DNA of 52,390 nucleotides, from the IMG/VR virus record IMGVR_UViG_3300048856_000102, positions 1 through 52,390 of that record. One strand, written 5' to 3'. Source of the DNA: a virus (lineage: Duplodnaviria > Caudoviricetes). The notes under the pieces are model-generated. The model ran no database searches, had not been told where the DNA came from, and saw only the letters and a list, made by a program, of their open reading frames with translations. Shown here piece after piece: positions 45,006-52,390 of this stretch. The position numbers were made by a program, and so were the translations under genes. Numbering within the stretch: the first letter of the stretch is position 1; every line of letters begins with the position of its first letter.

Positions 45006-47063
45006 ATGGCACTATCCGACTATTTCTATTCGGACGGCACGATCACGGTCACCAATGGTTCAAAGGTGATAACAGGCGTAGGGACCGCTTGGCAGTTGCG
45101 CCATGCTGTGGGAGCTATCCTGTTCGTCGGTTCGAACTTTGGCTTTGTCGAAAGCGTCTCTGCTGAGGGGGCGGCTTTACTCAAAGACGATTGGGCTGGT
45201 CCAACCTCCGCCGGCGCTTCCTATACAATGTGGCTGGTACCCGCTGAAGCATCCCAGAACCTTGCGAACAATCAGCGCTTGTCGGAAATCATTCAATCGC
45301 TCACTGCAGCGCAGGCGGAAAGCGACATTCTGACGGCGATCGGGAACCTCGTGTTCGAGGTTGACGATCTGATCGTCGCAACCGGGGCAAACACCTTCCG
45401 CGTAGCAAAGAAGCTCGAATTCACCAATGGTGCCGAGTACGACAGGTTCGTCAACACGCTTGCTGCTCGCGCAACCTATGATCTACAGGCGGCTGGCTTC
45501 ACCGTCCTGGTCGCCGATATTGGCGATGGTCGGTCGGCTCTTTATGCGAAGAATACCGCAACGGCCGGCGATTGGTCCGATCCGGCGTTCTTGACCGGGG
45601 CGTCAGGCTCATTTCAGTCAAAGGGTAATTGAACGTCCGTCACTCCATACAATGCCGGTGACGTTGTCAGCTATCAGGGCTCGTCGTGGATCGCGCTGAT
45701 CGACAATACCAATCACGCGCCGCCAAGCCTGCCGACGACGGTAAATACCTGGTGGACTATCCTTGCCACGGCGGGGAAAGGCTTCACCTTCAAGGGCGCT
45801 TATTCCGGCGCGACTGCCTACGTCAAAGACGATGTCGTGCTCTACAACAACTCGTCCTGGATCGCCCTTATGTCCACGACAGGCAACACGCCTCCGGCTC
45901 TTCCAACCACCGTTAACACTCAATGGCAGTTGATTGCAGCCAAGGGCGATGGCGACGTCAGCGGCCCTGCTTCTGCGGTCGATAATAACCTTGCATTGTT
46001 CAACGGGGCCACGGGTAAATCCCTCAAGGATTCGGGTATTTCGGCTGCGTTGGTCGCCTCCTTCCGCAATGGGCCGAGGCGCAACCGCTTCGTCAATCCT
46101 TCCTGCAGTATCAGTCAGGAAAATGGCTTCACGGCATCGAATTCTCAGAATTTCTACATCGCAGATCAGTTCTATCAACTCTGGAATTCATCAACAGGAA
46201 CCTTTGCCGCACAGTTAATGAACAATGCTTCCACGCCAGACGGATCGAACAATCGGCTTCGCTTCACTTGTGGAACGGCTGATACCTCACTTGCTGCGGG
46301 CGAATATTGGATTGCAAGAACGAAAATTGAAGGTTGGCGTATCACTGACTTCATGTGGGGTACCGCGGCAGCGCGTCCCATTGTGATAGCTTTTGGATTT
46401 ATAGGACCGGCAGGAACATATTCGATGGCGTTTCGCAATGGCGCATCCACCCGATCGTATGTTGCAAACTTTACAATCACCGCGCCGCAAGCCAACACGC
46501 CGACGCGGCAGGCCTTCTTCATACCCGGCGACACAACTGCGGCAGTTTGGGAAGCAACCAACGGGATTGGAATGGAGTTTTCCGTCGTCTTTGCCGCGGG
46601 GACAAACCTCCAAGGCGTAGCTGGATGGAACGCGGGGGGCTTCTTCGGGACATCAGCCAACAGCAACGGAATGGGTGCAACCGGAACGTTTTATCTGTAC
46701 GACTTCGACATGTATATCAATGCCGATGGTGCAACCACGGCACGGCCATTCGAAACGACAGATTACCGCACGGACCTTGAAGACTGTCAGCGGTATTGGA
46801 GTCAATCCTATAACATTTTCAGTTCGGCGGTTACGGCGTCGCTAACATATTATCTGGATTTCCAGTTTCCGATTCAGATGCGCTCAACCCCTACCCTCAC
46901 ACTCGCAAATGTGGGCGGCAGCGTTGGATTCGCTGCCGCGTCCGGAACTGCGATCAATGCCGGTGGCGCCGCATTCACCAATGCCGTTGAAGCCCGAGTG
47001 GCAACTGGTACCAGTGGGGCCGGAACATTTTCATCAATCTGCACCGCTAATGCGAGAATGTAA
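45006..47063 (+). pseudogene. Tail fibre / receptor-binding protein interrupted by one in-frame TGA (45630-45632)
   Basis: ORFs 45006-45632 and 45837-47063 share a frame, and the intervening sequence is open: KGN*TSVTPYNAGDVVSYQGSSWIAL. Confidence 0.8.
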
Positions 47064-47065
47064 AA

Positions 47066-47452
47066 ATGACAATCGAATCTGTAAAAATGACAGAGGCAGG
47101 GGCGTTCGAAGTAGTCGAGGACGGGATCACAAAGTACGTACCCGACGACATGACAAACACCGATCGGCAGCGCTTGGAGGAATGGGACGGGGAGATCGAG
47201 CCTTATGTCCCCCCGGTTCCGCTGGTCCCAGTCTCCGCATCCCGTCGCCAGTTCAAGATGCAGCTGGCGATTGCTGGCCTATCGTCAGAGGTAAGCGCCT
47301 GGGTCTCAGTGCAGCCAGAGCTTGTACAGATCGCGTTCAACGAGTCTGGCTCGTTCAATCGGAATGACGAGATGCTGGTGCAGGGATTCGCTGCGCTCGG
47401 CTTCACGGCCGAGCAGGTCGACGTGTTTTTTACTGCGGCATCCCAACTGTAG
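47066..47452 (+). CDS. Tail fibre assembly/chaperone-like protein
   Basis: VP.D..N.D...IEPY then SRRQFK..L...GL...F.R...VD.FF.AA. Confidence 0.75.
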   Translation: MTIESVKMTEAGAFEVVEDGITKYVPDDMTNTDRQRLEEWDGEIEPYVPPVPLVPVSASRRQFKMQLAIAGLSSEVSAWVSVQPELVQIAFNESGSFNRNDEMLVQGFAALGFTAEQVDVFFTAASQL

Positions 47453-47469
47453 CGGGTCCGCAAAAATGT

Positions 47470-47790
47470 TACGTCCCGGTCCGCCTTATGGGGTACGCAC
47501 AACACTAAGAAGGCGGACCGGGTTGCCGACAAGTTGGTACATCAGCGAAAGGACGGTGCGCTTGTATGATTAATAAATAGTGAGCCCGACCTAGTGGACC
47601 GCAATTACCGACAGTTCGGGCTCTTTTGCTGAGTTAGGGCTCAGCATTTCTATAATACTGAAAAACCAAAAACCTGAAAAGTGAGGCCCGCCGCCTGTGG
47701 TAACTTCTACAGGTGCGGAGAGGTTGGCGACGAGCCTCTGTCGGAGAGGGTAAACCCCGACCCGCGATAAACTGCAATGCGGGCTTAATG
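47470..47790. ncRNA. Hairpin-dense intergenic region, candidate sRNA(s)
   Basis: 13-bp stem 47475-47487/47510-47522, stem 47582-47623 plus TTTT, and abutting hairpins at 47686-47784. Confidence 0.45.
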
Positions 47791-47832
47791 TTCCGGCACT
47801 CGAATCCATAATTCACATCAAGGAAATGACAC

Positions 47833-48465
47833 ATGAACAGAGCGGCGTTCTTCGCCTCGCTGCGCGCGGGGCTGTTTGCGCGTGGGTTGTCGCAATCCCA
47901 GGTTCAGGGCATTGATGCAATCCTCGACGAGGCCGACAGGCGGCGCACGGACCCTCGCTGGCTGGCTTATATGCTGGCAACGCCTTTCCTCGAAACCGGC
48001 GCGACCATGCAGCCGATCAAGGAAAACCTGAACTATTCGGCAAAGGGTTTGCTCAACACGTTCCCGCGCTATTTCACCCCGACGCAGGCGGCAGCCTATC
48101 AGCGGCAGCCGGAGCGCATCGCGAACCGCGCCTACGCCAATCGAATGGGAAATGGTCCCGAGGCTAGTGGCGACGGCTGGCGGTACCGGGGCAGGGGTTT
48201 GGTGCAGATCACCGGCCGGGACAATTACGTCAAGTTCGGCATCGCAAACGAGCCAGATCAGGCACTCATCGACGCTATCGCTGTACGCATCATGTTTGAC
48301 GGGATGGAGCGAGGCATGTTCACCGGCAAGAAACTGGCTGACTTCTTCGATGCCGACACTACCGACTGGCTGAATGCCCGACGAATAATCAACAGTCTCG
48401 ATCGCGCTGCGGACATCGCCGGATACGCCAAGGCATTCTATGCCGCTATCAAGGCCGCTTCGTAA
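47833..48465 (+). CDS. Endolysin, glycoside hydrolase family 19 (chitinase-like)
   Basis: LAYMLAT...ETG, ENLNYS, IANRAYANRMGN, DGWRYRGRGLVQITGRDNY, ARRIIN. Confidence 0.92.
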   Translation: MNRAAFFASLRAGLFARGLSQSQVQGIDAILDEADRRRTDPRWLAYMLATPFLETGATMQPIKENLNYSAKGLLNTFPRYFTPTQAAAYQRQPERIANRAYANRMGNGPEASGDGWRYRGRGLVQITGRDNYVKFGIANEPDQALIDAIAVRIMFDGMERGMFTGKKLADFFDADTTDWLNARRIINSLDRAADIAGYAKAFYAAIKAAS

Positions 48466-48827
48466 TGGATCATCGCCGTCGAAGGGGCGAAGGTTCACCT
48501 GGCTGGTCGTGGCGCCGCGCGCTCGTGCTGCCACTGATCGTCTATGCCTGTTATCGCCTGTCAATGATGGAGATGGCGGCCGACACCCGCGTGAACGAAA
48601 CTATTGCATGGGGCTGGATCGTCATCATCATCTCGTGCGTGTTCTTCTACACCGGCTTTGCCTCGGCGCAGGACATTGCCGCCATTCTCGCCACCCGTTC
48701 CGGGCTGCCATACGCAGACCCGCCGCAATACTACCAACAGACGCAGACTACCACCGCAACAACTGTTCCAGTCGTCAGCACTTCTGAGCCTGTGCTTGAT
48801 GAACCTGGGCCCGGAGCACGCCCATGA
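48465..48827 (+). CDS. Holin-like two-TM protein
   Basis: Two hydrophobic segments; follows the endolysin. Confidence 0.55.
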   Translation: MDHRRRRGEGSPGWSWRRALVLPLIVYACYRLSMMEMAADTRVNETIAWGWIVIIISCVFFYTGFASAQDIAAILATRSGLPYADPPQYYQQTQTTTATTVPVVSTSEPVLDEPGPGARP

Positions 48828-49276
48828 CCATTTTCGTTGCTGTCATCCGCACGCTCGGCATTCCGCTTTGCATTTTCCTTGGCATGCTTGGCTACTACGA
48901 AGGGGTCCCTGTTCTTCGTGACATTCCTTTCGCCGATCGCATCCCTGTTGTGCGCGAGCTCATCGCCGGCCGTGTTCCAACAGAGCGGGCAAAGGCAGCT
49001 GATGCCGCTCGATCGGGATATGTCCTGGAAGCCGAAAAGACGGCTGCGGAAGCCAAAGCCGCAAAGATCGAGAGGGATCGCGCTGCGGCTCAAATCGTCA
49101 TCGATGCCTACCAGGTTCAATTGGCGAACCGCCAAACACTCGACGCTCTGGAGAACGAACAGCATGAACAGGAGATTGCTGATTATGAAAAGAAGTTATC
49201 GGCTGCTGGCCGTGCCTGTCATGTTACTGATGCTGACCGGAGCTTCCTGCTCAACCCTTCAGGATCGGCTCGATAA
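48824..49276 (+). CDS. i-spanin (Rz-like)
   Basis: N-terminal TM, coiled coil and a C-terminal Cys. Confidence 0.65.
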   Translation: MTIFVAVIRTLGIPLCIFLGMLGYYEGVPVLRDIPFADRIPVVRELIAGRVPTERAKAADAARSGYVLEAEKTAAEAKAAKIERDRAAAQIVIDAYQVQLANRQTLDALENEQHEQEIADYEKKLSAAGRACHVTDADRSFLLNPSGSAR

Positions 49277-49487
49277 AGCCGCCACGGCACGAGGGGAGTT
49301 GCAGGCCGGCCTCAATCTTCCAGACTTGCCAGCGGACTGCCGCGTCATGGAGCCTCATGCCCCAATTGTCGTGGGCGGTGAGGCAATCTCGGGATGGAAG
49401 CGCGAGCGTGCGGCGACCGATAGGGCCAACGCCCGCGTAGGGCGCTGTGCAGGGTTTTACGACGCTGCAACTGGAAAGCTGCGATAA
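49185..49487 (+). CDS. o-spanin (Rz1-like lipoprotein)
   Basis: MKRSYRLLAVPVMLLMLTGASC lipobox, LPDLPADC, C-terminal C..FYD; overlaps Rz. Confidence 0.7.
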   Translation: MKRSYRLLAVPVMLLMLTGASCSTLQDRLDKAATARGELQAGLNLPDLPADCRVMEPHAPIVVGGEAISGWKRERAATDRANARVGRCAGFYDAATGKLR

Positions 49488-49852
49488 TGGCGCCCACGAG
49501 TCTCAATGATATCTACAAGGCCATAGGAACGCTTTCCGAACAGGTCACCAGCCTCCGCCGCGATATTGATGCCTCAGAGCGACGGGCGGGCGCTGAGAAC
49601 AGAGAAGCCGATGAGAAGCGGGCGCAGGTTCACCGGCGGATGGACGAAATCATATCCGAGGTGGGAGTCATCAAAACCGACATCGCGATCATCAAGGATG
49701 ACGTTGGTGACGCCAAGGCTGTCACCGATGACGTGAAGAAGTGGAAGCTGATGGGGATCGGGGCGCTCGGCGTAGTCGGGATAGGCGGCGCTGCACTCGG
49801 CGTGACGCTGGCAAGTTCATTCGAATGGCTCGCCCGCTTTCTACACAAATGA
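49487..49852 (+). CDS. DUF1515/XhlA-like coiled-coil protein with C-terminal TM
   Basis: VHRRMDE...VTDDVKKWKLMGIGALGV. Confidence 0.75.
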   Translation: MAPTSLNDIYKAIGTLSEQVTSLRRDIDASERRAGAENREADEKRAQVHRRMDEIISEVGVIKTDIAIIKDDVGDAKAVTDDVKKWKLMGIGALGVVGIGGAALGVTLASSFEWLARFLHK

Positions 49853-49856
49853 TATC

Positions 49857-49890
49857 GCCCGCCGCCGGTACTCAAGTTAGCGGGCTTTTG
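49857..49890 (+). terminator. Terminator of the late operon
   Basis: GCCCGC...GCGGGC-TTTT. Confidence 0.6.
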
Positions 49891-50086
49891 CGTTTCAGGG
49901 AGAACCTGAATTTCCAGTTAGATGGTTGGAACGTTGCTTATGCCTCGTCCGCACCGCTGTTGCTACAAAGCAACAACAGCAGAATCCTTTCAATTGCACT
50001 ACTTTGTGATAGCAACCAATGGTTGCAGCTCTGAATAATTCCTTAGTATTACGAGCAGGGACTTTTCTCATCGGGTGGGGGCTAGC

Positions 50087-52390
50087 ATGAGCGGCAACGC
50101 TGTAGACAATCAGAACAACATTAAAAATGCGCTCCTTGCGGGAGTTTGCACTGCGGCGCTAACAATAGCCTGCTCGTTCGTTTCACCGGCCTCGGCCGGG
50201 GACTATCTCGTTACCAACGATGCCGAACTTCGCGCCGCTATCATTGCCGCGAACGGTGAAACCGGCTCCTCGACGATCACACTGACCGATGACATCGATG
50301 TGGCGAGCGCTGGGACGATGCCTGCGGCTACCAAACCGATCACGATCAACGTCAATGGGTATTTGATCCAAGGCTATCAGCCGCCAAACGGTTCCGGTCT
50401 CGGTGGCAATGGCGTAGGGTTCTCCGGCGTCACGTTCATCAATTCTGGATCGGTTGCCGGCGGCTCGGCTGATCCAACTAGTATCTCGGGTGGTGGACTT
50501 GGCCTTAGCCTGCTCGGCAATAGTTCTCTGACGAACGACGGTACCATCACCGGGGGCAACAGCGGCGCCTCCGGGGGTGGGGGCGGAAACGGGCTGCAAG
50601 TCACTGGTGGAAGTCACGTCAACAATGGAACTATCCGCGGAGGAAACAGCACTACGCAAGGCGGCGGCAACGGCGTTAGCTTGAACAACGCTTCCCTGAT
50701 CAACAACAACCTGATCGAAGGGGGCAATACCGGGAACGCCGCAGGAAATGGTGTGGTCATGGGCGGCATCAGTTCCTTGACCAACAATGGAACGATACGG
50801 GGGAGTACCTCTTCCCTATCTACGACTGCAGGTAATACCTCCGCCGTTCTCGCAAGTAGTGGGACCCAAAGTGTAGTCAACAATGGCACCCTTGAGGGCG
50901 GGACTGGGGGGAACGCAGTCCGTGGAAGCGACTTCCTGGCGCAGTTTGCCAGCTTTTCGGTTATCAATGACGGGACCATTCTTGCCGGGACAGGCCAGCC
51001 GGACGCCATCCGCTTCAGCGTCAACGCAAACTCCGTCAACGTCCTCGAACTGCACTCCAACTCGGTGATAGTCGGCAATGTGGTCGCGACCGCGGCTGGC
51101 GCCAATGACACCCTGCGGCTGGGGGGCAGCGTGGACGGCACTTTCGATGTATCGGCGATCGGTCCGACGGCTCAATATCGCAACTTCGACAAGTTCGAGA
51201 AAACCGGCGACTATGCTTGGTACCTGACCGGCACCGGTACCGCCACGACGAACTGGAACATCCAGGAGGGTGGCCTTGCCATCGGTGATGGCGGCACGAG
51301 CGGCAGCATCATCGGCGATATTACGCTCAGCGGTGGAGCGTTGGGTTTCAACCGGTCCGATACGGTCACGTTCGACAACGCCATTACGGGCGCGGGGAGC
51401 GTCGTGCAGATCGGGAGCGGCAAGACCATCCTGAACGGCGACTATACCTACACCGGCCTGACGGCTGTCGGCCTCGGCACTTTGGTCATAAATGGCTCAA
51501 TCACCACTCCCATGTTCGTGGGGCCAGCCGGTACCCTAGGCGGCATCGGCACTATCTTCGGCGACGCCGAGAACCAGGGCACGATTGCTCCCGGCAATTC
51601 CATCGGCACGCTGACGATTGACGGCAATTACACCGGAAGCGGTGGTCTGCTTGAGATCGAGACGGAGCTTGGCGGCGATGCATCGCCCACAGACAGGCTG
51701 GTGGTTACCGGCGACACGTCCGGCAGCACCAATGTAAAGGTGCTCAATGTCGGCGGCACGGGTGCGCAGACGATCGAAGGCATCAAGATTGCCGACATTG
51801 GCGGTGCTTCCAATGGCACATTCTCGCTGCTCGGTGATTATGTGATCAATGGCGAACAGGCGGTCGTGGCGGGCGCCTATGGCTATACGTTGCACAAGAA
51901 CGGCGTGAGCACCCCTGGCGATGGTGACTGGTATCTGCGTTCTCAATTGAACAATCCTCCCACGAATCCACCCACAAATCCACCTACGACACCGCCTACC
52001 ACGCCTCCGACAACGCCGCCGTCAGGTCCGATCTATCAGCCCGGTGCACCGCTCTATGAGGCCTATGCGCAGGTGTTGCAGAATCTGAATGGCCTATCGA
52101 GCCTGCATCAGCGCGTCGGCAATCGCTATTGGGCCGGCGCTGGCAACAGCGCACTTGCACAGGGCGATGGCCCCGGAACGATAGAGGCAGCGCCGCTGCC
52201 TTCTGAAGGCGGCGATATCCTCACCGATGCGCGCGGCATCTGGGCGCGGATCGACGGCGCGCATGGCAGGTTCGAGCCGAGGACTTCGACGACGGACGCC
52301 GATTACGACATCGATACCTGGAGAGGCACGGCCGGTATCGACGGCCAGTTCCACGAGAGCGACGCGGGCAGGCTCATCGGCAGCCTCAGC
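50087..52390 (+). CDS. Host autotransporter (AIDA-I/pertactin-like passenger), truncated by the window edge
   Basis: Absent from the ORF track because there is no stop in the window. Signal peptide (..VSPASA), G/N-rich repeats, IAPGNSIGTLTI, TDRLVVTG, DWYLRS, LHQRVG, WARIDG. Confidence 0.9.
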   Translation, partial: MSGNAVDNQNNIKNALLAGVCTAALTIACSFVSPASAGDYLVTNDAELRAAIIAANGETGSSTITLTDDIDVASAGTMPAATKPITINVNGYLIQGYQPPNGSGLGGNGVGFSGVTFINSGSVAGGSADPTSISGGGLGLSLLGNSSLTNDGTITGGNSGASGGGGGNGLQVTGGSHVNNGTIRGGNSTTQGGGNGVSLNNASLINNNLIEGGNTGNAAGNGVVMGGISSLTNNGTIRGSTSSLSTTAGNTSAVLASSGTQSVVNNGTLEGGTGGNAVRGSDFLAQFASFSVINDGTILAGTGQPDAIRFSVNANSVNVLELHSNSVIVGNVVATAAGANDTLRLGGSVDGTFDVSAIGPTAQYRNFDKFEKTGDYAWYLTGTGTATTNWNIQEGGLAIGDGGTSGSIIGDITLSGGALGFNRSDTVTFDNAITGAGSVVQIGSGKTILNGDYTYTGLTAVGLGTLVINGSITTPMFVGPAGTLGGIGTIFGDAENQGTIAPGNSIGTLTIDGNYTGSGGLLEIETELGGDASPTDRLVVTGDTSGSTNVKVLNVGGTGAQTIEGIKIADIGGASNGTFSLLGDYVINGEQAVVAGAYGYTLHKNGVSTPGDGDWYLRSQLNNPPTNPPTNPPTTPPTTPPTTPPSGPIYQPGAPLYEAYAQVLQNLNGLSSLHQRVGNRYWAGAGNSALAQGDGPGTIEAAPLPSEGGDILTDARGIWARIDGAHGRFEPRTSTTDADYDIDTWRGTAGIDGQFHESDAGRLIGSLS
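51950..52024 (+). repeat. Degenerate 12-bp repeats encoding a PPTN/PPTT linker
   Basis: NPPTNPPTNPPTTPPTTPPTTPPS. Confidence 0.8.

Larger units (their letters stand above)
1..49890. mobile_element. Lambdoid HK97-type siphovirus prophage; attL lies left of the window, attR probably 49890-50080 but not identifiable
   Basis: Canonical module order int/xis, early left, cI/cro, early right, packaging, head, tail, lysis, followed by a host-type autotransporter gene. Confidence 0.95.

Noticed and set aside
45006-47800. Diversity-generating retroelement or invertible fibre cassette
   Set aside because: No reverse transcriptase or invertase, and no TR/VR repeat pair seen.
1-49890. Phage-wide TGA recoding
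   Set aside because: Many genes use TGA as a normal stop in ATGA overlaps; only one internal TGA was seen.
49890-50086. attR core sequence
   Set aside because: attL lies outside the window, so no direct repeat can be matched; the GTTGCT-ACAA-AGCAAC palindrome may simply be a host regulatory site.
50183-52354. Minus-strand ORFs in the right flank
   Set aside because: Shadows of the plus-strand autotransporter.

Overview
Nearly the whole window (1 to ~49,900) is one lambdoid, HK97-type siphovirus prophage. The gene families suggest a Rhizobiales alphaproteobacterial host (inference). Layout from left to right: tyrosine integrase/xis; a leftward early operon of small overlapping genes (DUF968-like, Bet/RecT, HNH); an immunity region (cI with VasI-like and TM2 genes downstream, cro, ACA-N7-TGT operators); a rightward early operon (LexA-like DBD, adenine MTase, RuvC-like, HNH, DnaB-like helicase, probable late regulator); a moron cluster; packaging HNH, TerS, TerL, a fused protease-capsid gene, portal, neck and tail genes; a tail fibre interrupted by one in-frame TGA; and a GH19 endolysin/holin/spanin cassette. 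A host autotransporter starts at 50087 and runs off the right edge. The most striking unexplained element is a ~230-260 nt non-coding segment (8620-8920). By hand it folds into a multi-helix, pseudoknotted + strand RNA, and it lies behind a promoter/operator block that mirrors PR, in a phage that has DnaB but no recognisable replication initiator. All assignments come from reading the sequence; no database searches or folding programs were run.
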